DNA of 63,700 nucleotides, counting the filler, from Octopus bimaculoides (taxonomy: Eukaryota): the NCBI RefSeq assembly GCF_001194135.2. It is 7 parts of 7 records of this genome, joined end to end, with 100 filler letters (N's around TTAATTAATTAA, not from the genome) between each part and the next. Parts side by side here need not be neighbours in the genome. Positions count along the whole stretch, not along the records: positions 1 to 21,510 come from NC_068985.1; 6 more parts are not named here. One strand, 5' to 3'. Within the stretch, counting starts at the first letter, position 1, and every line of letters starts with the position of its first letter. Of this stretch, positions 1-12,059 are shown one piece after another. The translations under genes were made by a program, and so were the position numbers. The notes beneath the pieces were generated by a model. The model was given only the letters and a program-made list of their open reading frames with translations, did no database searches and was not told where the DNA came from.

Positions 1-27
1 ATATATATATATATATATATATATATA

Positions 28-220
28 GTTCAAAAAAACAATAACAAAAAAACAAAAAAAAACAACAAAGTGAGGACGTGATATGGATAGTATTATTGGA
101 CGCTCAGGAAAGGAAAGAGAGAGTGTATGACGTTTCGGGCGTAGCCCTTCGTCGGAAAGATGGAAAGTTCGGAGAATGGAAGAACGGAGAAAGAGGAAAA
201 TGGTACCGATGCCCACGAGG
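28..220 (-). mobile_element. Penelope-like terminal-repeat remnant with a minimal hammerhead-like motif (about 128-157)
   Basis: Minus strand reads CCGACGA-A-GGGC-TAC-GCCC-GAAA-CGTC, i.e. core, 4-bp stem II and GAAA, as in minimal hammerheads of Penelope-like elements. Stem I is poor. Confidence 0.45.
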
Positions 221-419
221 TGTGTGTGTGTGTCTATGTATGTATATACCGACACTCATGCACATATACATGTATATCATCATCGTCGTCGTCATCATCA
301 TCATCATCATCATCACCCAGTTCCCTACACGGGTGCAGTCAGCCGTTGGGGTGCAACTCTAGGCGCTTTTCGAGTCAGGCATCACAGATCTCACATATCC
401 CATATATCTTGCATCTTAC

Positions 420-469
420 CTTGATGCGGTATGGACCAAGATTGCCGTTGACATTACTCTGGCATTATA
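420..469 (-). CDS. Weak candidate internal exon
   Basis: Donor AAG|GTAAGA at 420. Acceptor TTCAG at 469 (YNARVMSTAILVHTAS) or CCAG at 458 (39 nt, SNVNGNLGPYRIK). No homology recognised. Confidence 0.2.
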
Positions 470-712
470 CTGAACGTTAAACACTCACGTTATGCGAATT
501 AGTAACCCCAGTTCTCTGTAGTTACTGGATTTCTCGAGTATATAAACATATTGCCTGCTCGTTTCTCGTGTATTAGTGAAATTGATGTAGACACATATTA
601 CGAGAACCCAATAAGGTTGAAAACCAAGGAAGGTTGCTTATCGTTTATCTTTCATTGTACAAGTAAATAGCTAAATCTGTCTTATTTATCTATCTACTAT
701 ATAGGTTACCTG

Positions 713-743
<31 letters not shown>

Positions 744-804
744 TAGCATTTTCTACCTTGACTTTTTTTCCATATATATCAACCCGTGTGTTCCTTTTCA
801 ACCT

Positions 805-870
<66 letters not shown>

Positions 871-1533
871 NNNNNNNNNNNNNNNNNNNNNNNNNNNNNN
901 NNNNNCCTTGAGATTCGGTTATCATTTTCACTTTAATCATCCAGTATTTAGCATCGTGCACACACACACACACACACACACAGACGCACACACACACATA
1001 AGGATTTACTTTTCGTAATGAGATAAAAAACCAAGAACATTTAAGGTCTTTTGTGAAGGAATAGGTGTGTCATGTATATACTCATATACACGTATGTATT
1101 CATGTATAAAATATATATATATTCACACACATATATGAATACATGCAGACAGAGACATAACGTGTAAGTCAACTCATCTCCACGTACAGCCAATTATTTG
1201 GGAACCAAATGCCTTAGAGGCTATCACAGAAGTCTGCAAAGTGAGTACAAACGTCAGATGATGGTTTGCGGGCCATTCTCAGAATTACGTAAGCTATAAG
1301 TGCTCTGGATTTCCAAAGGTCTTCCTCACAAGGGTGCAGTGATATTTTTTCAGTAATGCAAAGTTTGTAACTAATATCCCATATTGCTAATGTGTTTAAT
1401 TGAAATTACATCGTCCCAGCAGAGCAGCCCGTATATTTCACAACATTCTTTAACTTCAGATTTTTTTCTTTGAATATGTTTTAGAGAAACACTTTCTAGG
1501 TTCTTAAAATTGGTTACAGTGAGTGAAGCGCAC

Positions 1534-1597
1534 ACAGGTAAAACAGATTACAGGTAAAACAGATTACAGGTAAAACCGATTACAGGTAAAACATATT
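1534..1597 (+). repeat. 16-bp minisatellite x4 (ACAGGTAAAACAGATT)
   Basis: Four near-identical adjacent units. Confidence 0.95.
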
Positions 1598-1715
1598 ATC
1601 TAAAAGTGGCAATGGTTAGGATGGCAAGATGGTAAACCACCCATATGTTTTGCATCAGGCAAATATCCTAACATGAATTTGAATAAAAGAACCTTCGCTA
1701 ATATACACACACAGG

Positions 1716-1900
1716 TCCGGTTTCTCTGTTTCGTTCGGGCATCTACCGCCACTGGACGGGACAAAATTCTGTCGCAGGATTATTCATTTTTGTCAGCCGA
1801 GTGGACTGGAGCAACGTGAGCACAACTCATCGTCAACCAAGGAATCGAAACCTGAATCTTATGATCAGGAGTACCAACAATCTAATCACAAAACCACATC
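1716..1900 (-). mobile_element. Decayed tRNA-derived SINE with a CORE-like central part (family E)
   Basis: AGCCGAGTGGACTGGAGCAACGTG followed by a reversed B-box (GGAATCGAAACC). A related plus-strand copy lies at 56423-56730. Confidence 0.6.
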
Positions 1901-2201
1901 GTCTATAACTCACATGTGGCGTCCAATGCGGTCATTCAACATCATCATTATTATTTCTATGGCTTCACACGATAGCTAGATACATTTTGGTTCCAGGTTT
2001 GGTTCATCCATCTCATCGACAGGAATATCTTCTTGAACTGCTGGGCTTCCAGCAACCGTCCCAACCAAGTGCTCGAATCGGTATTTTCAATCATGACCCA
2101 GATATGCAACAAATTTGCTGGACTGCATGTTACTAGCAACATTGGTATGTTATCTGAAATGGACACACACACATACACACACACACACACACATACACAC
2201 A

Positions 2202-2245
<44 letters not shown>

Positions 2246-2520
2246 CGAACGCACACATATAAATATGCATGTATGAAAACATATAAATATGTTAGCATAC
2301 ATCTATATACAAACATGCATGTATATATACATAAATACATTTCGACATATATATGCATGCATATATATGCTTACACATGTATATATCCATGTGCCTGTGT
2401 GCGTGTGAACGTTTATGTGCGAGTGAGTGCAAATGCCAAAAGCCCAGCGGTTACAACGTACAGGGTATGCTTGGAAGTATATTTCATTGTCAGGTAGAAT
2501 AATTTTTATATATATATATA

Positions 2521-2759
2521 TTACTCTTTTACTCTTTTACATGTTTCAGTCATTTGCTGGAGCACCGCCTTTTTTCGAGGAAATCGACCCAGAGCTTATT
2601 CTGAATAAGACTAGTACCTATTCTATCGGTCACTTTTGCCGAACAGCTAAGTTACGAGGACGTAAACACACCAGCATCGGTTGTCAAACGATGTTGGGAG
2701 GACAGAGACACACAAATACACACACACACAGACACACAGCACACACACACACACACACG

Positions 2760-2793
<34 letters not shown>

Positions 2794-2952
2794 CGACCGG
2801 CTTCTTTCAGTTTCTCTCTACCAAATCAAAGCCCAAGGCTTTGGGCGGCTCGAGGGTATAGTGGAAGGCACTCTCCCAAGGTGCCACGCAGTGGGACTGA
2901 ATCAAGAACCATGTGGTTGGTAGGCAAGCTACTTGCCACACAGCCGCTACTG
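2521..2952 (-). mobile_element. tRNA-derived SINE family A, full length with internal microsatellite
   Basis: Minus-strand head with A-box TGGCTGTGTGG and B-box-like GATTCAGTCCC; the same body recurs about 20 times in the window. Confidence 0.9.
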
Positions 2953-2956
2953 CACC

Positions 2957-3026
<70 letters not shown>

Positions 3027-3592
3027 TATATATATACATACATACATACATATATATATACATATACATATACAAAGTACGGGGGTTTAGTTCATAGGTG
3101 ATCTAAACAATTTGGAATCCTAGGTAAGTGCTGTAACGGATTACTGGGGCTCCAAGGTTATAGACGAGACGGTAGTTATGGAACCATTGCAAATTTCCGA
3201 TGCAGCGGACATATAAATATGATAGTTAAACAAGTCGTCAAATATTAAGGCAAGGCAAACATCTTAAGTCATATACAATTTTATTACAGGAACAAATTCA
3301 AAATCTTACAGCTGTTTCTGGGATATCCCCAAGTATGGGATATTCCGTCATTACAGACAAATTGAGGGAAAAAATATGGAAAGTGAGAATGGTATATATT
3401 GATAAAATGACAACATAGAGGAAGGGAATAAAAGAATGAGGAAATGGAAAGAGAGAAGAAAAAAAAAAGAAGCATAAAAGGACATAGTTCAAATTTCCCA
3501 AGTTATAGACACAAGAGCATAAGTGGTCAGGTTCTGATATAGAAGACATGATATAGTAGACGACCCCAAAAAAAGGCGCGAACGTATCAACG

Positions 3593-3628
<36 letters not shown>

Positions 3629-4171
3629 NNNNNNNNNNNNNNNNNNNNNNNNNNNNNNNNNNNNNNNNNNNNNNNNNNNNNNNNNNNNNNNNNNNNNNNN
3701 NNNNNNNNNNNNNNNNNNNNNNNNNNNNNNNNNNNNNNNNNNNNNNNNNNNNNNNNNNNNNNNNNNNNNNNNNNNNNNNNNNNNNNNNNNNNNNNNNNNN
3801 NNNNNNNNNNNNNNNNNNNNNNNNNNNNNNNNNNNNNNNNNNNNNNNNNNNNNNNNNNNNNNNNNNNNNNNNNNNNNNNNNNNNNNNNNNNNNNNNNNNN
3901 NNNNNNNNNNNNNNNNNNNNNNNNNNNNNNNNNNNNNNNNNNNNNNNNNNNNNNNNNNNNNNNNNNNNNNNNNNNNNNNNNNNNNNNNNNNNNNNNNNNN
4001 NNNNNNNNNNNNNNNNNNNNNNNNNNNNNNNNNNNNNNNNNNNNNNNNNNNNNNNNNNNNNNNNNNNNNNNNNNNNNNNNNNNNNNNNNNNNNNNNNNNN
4101 NNNNNNNNNNNNNNNNNNNNNNNNNNNNNNNNNNNNNNNNNNNNNNNNNNNNNNNNNNNNNNNNNNNNNNN

Positions 4172-4206
<35 letters not shown>

Positions 4207-4971
4207 AAGACACACATACTTTAATTTACACAGATTCGTACATATATGTGTGTGTTTGTGTGTGTCAGTGTGTGTAAGTATGTATGCATTTATTTATTTA
4301 TTTATTCTGTTATTCTATGATATGTTTCAGCTACGGTCATGCTGGAGCAGCACCATGAATTTGTAGCCCTTCTTTTGTCTCCTTCTGTTGGCTTCATTTA
4401 TCTATCTATCTATGTACGTATGTATCTATCTATCTATCTGTCTGTCTGTCTGTCTGTCTGTCTGTATGTCTGTATCTATCTGTCTGTCTGTCTCTCTGTT
4501 TGTCTGTCTGTCTCTCTGTTTGTCTGTCTGTCTCTCTGTTTGTCTGTCTGTCTCTCTGTTTGTCTGTCTGTCTATATCTATCTATCTATCTATCTATCTA
4601 TCTAACTATCCATACCTCTCTCTCTCTCATTCTATCTACATTATGTTCATATCCCACCACATTTCATCTTTCCGCAATCAATAAAGTAAATCACTGGACG
4701 CGCGCGCGCACACACACGCACACACACACACACACACACACTCACACACTCATATACACACACACCCAAATGTATAAANNNNNNNNNNACACACACACGC
4801 ACACACACTCACACACTCATATACACACACACCCAAATGTATAAACACAAATTCATATACAAAAAGACATCAAACTTACGCACGCACACATATCTACCTA
4901 CACACACACAAAGACACATACATACATGCACACACACACACACACANNNNNNNNNNTATATATATATATAT

Positions 4972-5122
4972 ACAACGGGCTTCTTTCAGTTTCCGTCGAC
5001 CAAATCCCCTGACAAGTCATTGGTCGTCCCGAGGCTACAGTACTAAACACTTGCCCAACTTGCCCCGCAATGAGACTGAACCCAGAACCATGTGGTTGCT
5101 AAGCAAGCTTCTTACCACAGTG
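4972..5122 (-). mobile_element. SINE family A, 5' half
   Basis: GGGCTTCTTTCAGTTTCCGTC...ACCATGTGGTTG...CTTACCACAG matches the other copies. Confidence 0.85.
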
Positions 5123-8100
5123 TGTACATATATTTTTATTTTTATTATATTTATATTAACATATACGTACATAGATACATGCATACGTACAGAAATATAT
5201 TCATACATACATAACTACATTCATACATACATACATGCATACATATATATACATACATTCATACATACGTAACTAGATTTATTCATACATTCATACATAC
5301 ATAAATTCATACATACATATATACATACACCATATACCTTATCGTCTGCAATTAACTTTCAATCCTGAAAGCGAGAGAATGTCCCGCTTCTATTTTTAAA
5401 TATTATTATCACTGATGTCGGTAAACAAATTATGTCCTTGTTCCTAATATGGCCTTGGTCGTTTCTTTCAGAGCTGCAAACTGGGGAAAAAGCTTTCCAG
5501 TCGCGACCATCCCAAATACCAACGAAACAACTTCGTCCATTCGCTTCCTCCCTGTTTAGAAAATTTTCACAATTTCTTTTTTTTTTGTTTTTTTTTGTGG
5601 CGGGGGTGGTAGTGGGAGGAGCCGGTGACAATTTAATGTTGGTGGGCACGGTTGGGAAGGGAGTNNNNNNNNNNNNNNNNNNNNNNNNNNNNNNNNNNNN
5701 NNNNNNNNNNNNNNNNNNNNNNNNNNNNNNNNNNNNNNNNNNNNNNNNNNNNNNNNNNNNNNNNNNNNNNNNNNNNNNNNNNNNNNNNNNNNNNNNNNNN
5801 NNNNNNNNNNNNNNNNNNNNNNNNNNNNNNNNNNNNNNNNNNNNNNNNNNNNNNNNNNNNNNNNNNNNNNNNNNNNNNNNNNNNNNNNNNNNNNNNNNNN
5901 NNNNNNNNNNNNNNNNNNNNNNNNNNNNNNNNNNNNNNNNNNNNNNNNNNNNNNNNNNNNNNNNNNNNNNNNNNNNNNNNNNNNNNNNNNNNNNNNNNNN
6001 NNNNNNNNNNNNNNNNNNNNNNNNNNNNNNNNNNNNNNNNNNNNNNNNNNNNNNNNNNNNNNNNNNNNNNNNNNNNNNNNNNNNNNNNNNNNNNNNNNNN
6101 NNNNNNNNNNNNNNNNNNNNNNNNNNNNNNNNNNNNNNNNNNNNNNNNNNNNNNNNNNNNNNNNNNNNNNNNNNNNNNNNNNNNNNNNNNNNNNNNNNNN
6201 NNNNNNNNNNNNNNNNNNNNNNNNNNNNNNNNNNNNNNNNNNNNNNNNNNNNNNNNNNNNNNNNNNNNNNNNNNNNNNNNNNNNNNNNNNNNNNNNNNNN
6301 NNNNNNNNNNNNNNNNNNNNNGTGTTAAGGTTTGTCGTGGTTGCAGTGGTGTGGGTGGTTGTAGTAGTAGTCATGGTGATGGTAGTAGTGGTTGGAGGGG
6401 TAGTGGCGGCGGCGGCGGGGGCAGTGGAAACTTTGCAGGTTTTTTTTTATATTCTTTCTAGTGGTTTATTTGACGCGTTCGAGGTTTTGACGCAGTAGTA
6501 ATGGTTCTGTTAGTGGTGGTGGAGGTGGTAGTGGTAGTGGTAGTGGTGGTGGTGGTGATATGGTAGTGGGGAGTATGTTGGTGGTGGAGGTGGTGGTGGT
6601 GATGGTAGTAGTGGTGATGGTGGTTGTGGTGGNNNNNNNNNNGGTGGTTGTGGTGGTGATGATGATGTTGGTGGTGGTAATGGTGGTGGTAGTGGTGGTG
6701 ATGGTAATATCCTTGTTCTTAATACGGCCCTGGTCGGCTCAGATGGAGCTAGAGACTAGGAAAAATAACCTTCCATTCGTGACCATCCCAACTTTCAAAC
6801 GAACACAATCGTAGTAATAGTGGTGGTGGTGGAGGCAGTGGTGTTGTAGCTAGTGATTTATCTTGCCTACTTAAGTGCTTGGTTCACTGAAGTAATTAAT
6901 TTTTGTAGTTGTTCATGACGATGATGAGGAGGTGGAGGAGGGGAAGGAGGGGAGGCGCAGGAGGATATTGATGATGACAACGATGATGATTATGATAATG
7001 ATGACGACGATAACGATGATTATCGTGATGATGAAGGAGATGATGTCATTTAACCCCAGGTCGTTCTTGAATGAGACGACTCAAAACAAAAGGCTCTCCG
7101 TTTGCAACTATCCTATTTATTATATTTTTGTTTTGTTTCTAGGTCTATGTAGAACTACGTCATCAAGTGTATTGTTATAGTTTGTCTTATGTTTTTTATT
7201 AATTTTCAGCAGAAGCAACAGAGTGGCTCAAGGTGCGAGAGTTTCGTGCGTTAAAACTCTCCCCCTTCAGTCACACTGTTCTTCTGCTAAATANNNNNNN
7301 NNNNNNNNNNNNNNNNNNNNNNNNNNNNNNNNNNNNNNNNNNNNNNNNNNNNNNNNNNNNNNNNNNNNNNNNNNNNNNNNNNNNNNNNNNNNNNNNNNNN
7401 NNNNNNNNNNNNNNNNNNNNNNNNNNNNNNNNNNNNNNNNNNNNNNNNNNNNNNNNNNNNNNNNNNNNNNNNNNNNNNNNNNNNNNNNNNNNNNNNNNNN
7501 NNNNNNNNNNNNNNNNNNNNNNNNNNNNNNNNNNNNNNNNNNNNNNNNNNNNNNNNNNNNNNNNNNNNNNNNNNNNNNNNNNNNNNNNNNNNNNNNNNNN
7601 NNNNNNNNNNNNNNNNNNNNNNNNNNNNNNNNNNNNNNNNNNNNNNNNNNNNNNNNNNNNNNNNNNNNNNNNNNNNNNNNNNNNNNNNNNNNNNNNNNNN
7701 NNNNNNNNNNNNNNNNNNNNNNNNNNNNNNNNNNNNNNNNNNNNNNNNNNNNNNNNNNNNNNNNNNNNNNNNNNNNNNNNNNNNNNNNNNNNNNNNNNNN
7801 NNNNNNNNNNNNNNNNNNNNNNNNNNNNNNNNNNNNNNNNNNNNNNNNNNNNNNNNNNNNNNNNNNNNNNNNNNNNNNNNNNNNNNNNNNNNNNNNNNNN
7901 NNNNNNNNNNNNNNNNNNNNNNNNNNNNNNNNNNNNNNNNNNNNNNNNNNNNNNNNNNNNNNNNNNNNNNNNNNNNNNNNNNNNNNNNNNNNNNNNNNNN
8001 NNNNNNNNNNNTATGTGCATGTATGTGTGTATATATATTCAGCAGAAGCAACAGTATGACTGAAGGCTGAGAGTTTATAAAATTTCATCGATGCACACAC

Positions 8101-8151
8101 ACATATATAAAAAATAAATAAATAAATATATATATCAACTCCGATAAAGTT

Positions 8152-8620
8152 GTGAACTATTCCACTGAATTTTCGAATAGCCTGGCACCAGCAGGCCTCC
8201 CACCTCACAACTTGCACCTCAAGATTGGCGCACACGTGATGCTTTTAAGAAACCTGGACTCACCCAAGCTTTGCAATGGCACACGAATTACAATCAAGAA
8301 GATGATGCCAAGAGTCTTAGAGGCGACCATTCTCACTGGTAAAGCAAGTGGTGAGGTTTTCTTCATACCAAGATTTCCGCTGATTTCTTCTGACATGCCA
8401 TTTGAGTTCAAGCGACTGCAATTTCCTGTAAAACTGAGTTTTGCAACGACCATAAACAAGGCCCAGGGACAGTCCTTGGAGGTGATAGGCGTAGACCTTG
8501 CAGAACCTGTTTTTTCTAATGGCCAACTGTATATAGGATGCTCAAGAGTCGGCAATCCAAATCATTTGATACTTTATGCCCCAGAGAGCAAGAACAAAAA
8601 TGTAGTATACCAAATTGAAA
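8152..8620 (+). pseudogene. Helitron PIF1-family helicase, C-terminal fragment
   Basis: GLPPHNLHLKIGAHVMLLRNL, LCNGTR, RLQFPVKLSFATTINKAQGQSL and GQLYIGCSRV are characteristic PIF1/Helitron motifs. Upstream is microsatellite and gap, so it is 5'-truncated. Confidence 0.93.
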
Positions 8621-9024
8621 ATAATCAACTATCAATCAATTGTTTCATAGTCGCACATCGTCAATCCTTCTATCCTTCCAACCATCCGCAAATTCAACTT
8701 TGACATTACCTTACCATTACAACCAATCAGTTTCATGATTCAAGTGTATTACTTGCTAGTATTTGTAAATCTATCTCACATCACCGTGTATTTGTACATC
8801 TATTTGTAATCTGTTATATCGCACGCTCGGATGACGTCTACTCAACTACCTCGACGTCTAGACTTCTCCCTCTATATCTACGTATTGGGCTAGCCTACTT
8901 CATTGTCTGAGGGCGTCGACACAACATAATCTAAATGGGAATTGGATGGAACATGAAAGAGTGCAATGGGAACGGGAACTAGAAATAGCCCTTGCTTTTT
9001 CGGGTATTTCCAGGTATTCTGCTA

Positions 9025-9025
<1 letters not shown>
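8152..9025 (+). mobile_element. Helitron 3' portion, ending ...GGTATTCTG-CTAG|T at 9022-9025
   Basis: CTAG terminus followed by T about 400 bp after the helicase; the subterminal hairpin is decayed. Confidence 0.6.
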
Positions 9026-9068
<43 letters not shown>

Positions 9069-9159
9069 ATACACAAATACACGTACACACATACACACAC
9101 ATATATATACACAAATACACGTACACACATATATATAGTGAGAGTTTACAAAAAGACAA

Positions 9160-9299
9160 TAGATGAAGACGGGTGTGTAAACATCAAACAGATGTATTAG
9201 TTTAACGCTCTTTTACGTTTCGAGCACACGCTCTTCGGCAGAAAAGAACTCAGAAATAAGCAGGGAGAGAAAATAAAATAAAATGGTAAGAGGAAATAA

Positions 9300-9300
<1 letters not shown>
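9160..9300 (-). mobile_element. Penelope-like terminal-repeat remnant with a minimal hammerhead-like motif (about 9210-9247)
   Basis: Minus strand reads CTTTT-CTGCCGA-A-GAGC-GTGT-GCTC-GAAA-CG-TA-AAAG, with stem II and a short stem I. Confidence 0.5.
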
Positions 9301-9370
<70 letters not shown>

Positions 9371-9371
<1 letters not shown>

Positions 9372-9545
9372 GACGGGCTTCTTTCAGTTTCCGTCAGCCA
9401 AATCCACTCTCAAACCTTTAGCCTGCCGGAGGGTATAGTAGAAGAAATATAGTATACAGTATGTTTTGTGTTTGGCCATACGGTATGGGAATGAACCCGG
9501 GACCATGTGGTTCGAAAGCAACATTTCATTCCACACAACCACGCC
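9371..9545 (-). mobile_element. SINE family A, 5' half
   Basis: CGACGGGCTTCTTTCAGTTTCCGTC...GAACCCGGGACCATGTGG. Confidence 0.85.
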
Positions 9546-9746
9546 GATTTTATTGATATATATACATATTATACATATGTGTATGTGTAAATATATGTGT
9601 GTGTGTGTGTGTATTCCATTATAACATACAAAAGCACATACACGATCACCCCCCCACACACACATATCACGTACTCTCCCGTCGTTAGACAACGAATGAG
9701 GGTTCGGCAATCGTTTGTCGAACAAACACACAGACGAGTTGTTTAT

Positions 9747-10157
9747 AGCGATCAAATGTTTGTGCTCATATAACCTCGCTCCTTCCTTCGAGTTGACCTT
9801 GCCTGTACAGGTGCATTTGTATTCAACAATTTGCAGGTAAAAATGAATGCTGAGCAACGCTAAATGAAACTAGTTGTTGAAGAACGTAAAACACAACTCT
9901 TTCAGGGAATCGAAATTAAAAATCTCACGTGCTACGAACGCGGTATGCGTCACCAGCAAGAATCTAGTGAAGAGGGTATTGCACCCTAGATCTTTATTTC
10001 GATTCCCTGAGCGAGCTATGCGTTGCGTTTTTGACAGTTCATTTACCGTTTCTCAGCAATCATTTTTACCCCCGACGTGTTGCGCACATGTGTGCACCTA
10101 TAGAGGCGATGTCAACTCGAAAGAGTGATTGAGCTTGTACACTAACATTTGATCACT
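9747..10157. mobile_element. Foldback/MITE-like element with about 175-bp imperfect inverted arms
   Basis: Left AGCGATCAAATGTT..TTCGAGTTGAC..GGTAAAAATGAATGCTGAG..CAGGGAATCGAAAT is mirrored by the reverse complement of 9985-10157. Confidence 0.75.
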
Positions 10158-10200
<43 letters not shown>

Positions 10201-10475
10201 ATGCACGTGTGAGTGCAGTGCGTTTGTATGTGTGTGTGTGTGTGTGTGTATGTATCTATATATATATGTATATATATNNNNNNNNNNNNNNNNNNNNNNN
10301 NNNNNNNNNNNNNNNNNNNNNNNNNNNNNNNNNNNNNNNNNNNNNNNNNNNNNNNNNNNNNNNNNNNNNNNNNNNNNNNNNNNNNNNNNNNNNNNNNNNN
10401 NNNNNNNNNNNNNNNNNNNNNNNNNNNNNNNNNNNNNNNNNNNNNNNNNNNNNNNNNNNNNNNNNNNNNNNNNNN

Positions 10476-10534
<59 letters not shown>

Positions 10535-11989
10535 TCATGTATGTGTGTATAGACATTCCTGTGCCTATACATACATACATACATACATACATGCATACAT
10601 ACATACATGAAGGGGATGTTTCTATGTGGCCTGCTTGTTTGTTGCACCTTGTTTACCATTTTTGTCCTTGTTCTTTTGCCACGTCATGTACCCAGTTATG
10701 TATCTATATGTACATGTGGATGAACGTATATACATACATGTACATATATATGCATATACTCATATATTGTTTGTACATACATACATACATACATACATAC
10801 ATACATACATACATACATGCATACATACATACATGTGTGTATTTCTTCTCGTAGTTGAGAATTATGAGGCAGAACAGTGTTCTAAAGCAAGCATGTCTAC
10901 AATGGCCGTGCCAGCTTTCCTTTATCGGGGCTAGCATAACATGTCTAGAACTGCACATTCTGACGTTTCCTTGCTTTTCTATCTTCCTTTTCTTACGAAC
11001 TTTACGATGTGGAAAGAGCGAGAAACTACGTAGAAACTCTTTGATACATAATGATCACGGCAGATGAAATTGAACTGTAGTTTTGGACAATCATTGTGGT
11101 TCGGTGAAGGGAACCCAAGCTAGGTGTGTTATAAAAAAATATTATTTTTTAGCGCCAGAAAGTTATGTTCAAGCATCTTTTCACTACAATGTAAGCATCC
11201 CTACGCTGACAATATTGTCTTTTACGTATGTGCACGGCCGCATTACCCCATTATGTTCATTGCTAAAGTAGCGGAGGTTAGATAACCTGTAAATTTCTTT
11301 GATATTTCTATCGCGCCGAGCGACGCCTTACAGGTACATGAAAAATCTAGATTTTGGCTTTTTGATGAAACCTGGAAACGAAGATTTCGTTGTTATTGAT
11401 GCTGGTGTAGTCGTTGCAAATTTATTCTGTTTTCGTTGGTGAAACTGATGATGTTTTTAATAAATGAGTGGTCCTTGAAGATGGTAAAAGTGAAGTGGTT
11501 TTTGATGCTGTTTAGGGGCACTTACGGCTGCGTGATAAAAAGTTTGGTCTTGAACCACATCGGTTACGTGGCAGTTTAGATGAGTGCGTTCTGCTATGGA
11601 TTTCGTAGATGGAAATTAAAAGAAGTCCGTCGCACACACACACACCTACGCGCGCGCGCACACACACACACATACACACACACATATACATACGGTAATT
11701 GTGTGTATATAGGTATACAAGTATATATATGCGTGTGCTGTTATTATTGTTGTCACTGTTCTTCAGACATAGATGTGTTATTGAGTAGAGCTCTGATTAT
11801 TGAAGTGGTTTCTTAGCTGGTAGGAGCGGATTCACTTCAAAGAGTAATGATCATCTAGGCTGCTAGCCATGTAATATCGTCTGTAGATGAAGTAATACGA
11901 CAATTACCATCGCGTATCATTGTTCGAGCTGTGCTACACCGCAGGGAACCCCAAGGCAAGAGATTCCTCTACTACGTATTCCGAGGGAC

Positions 11990-12033
<44 letters not shown>

Positions 12034-12059
12034 ACTTTAAATAGAGCACAAAATTGATC

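Noticed and set aside
1957-2146. Exon-like minus-strand stretch (DNIPMLL..VKP*)
   Set aside because: The acceptor follows a microsatellite, there is no recognisable homology, and other frames are stopped; unsupported.
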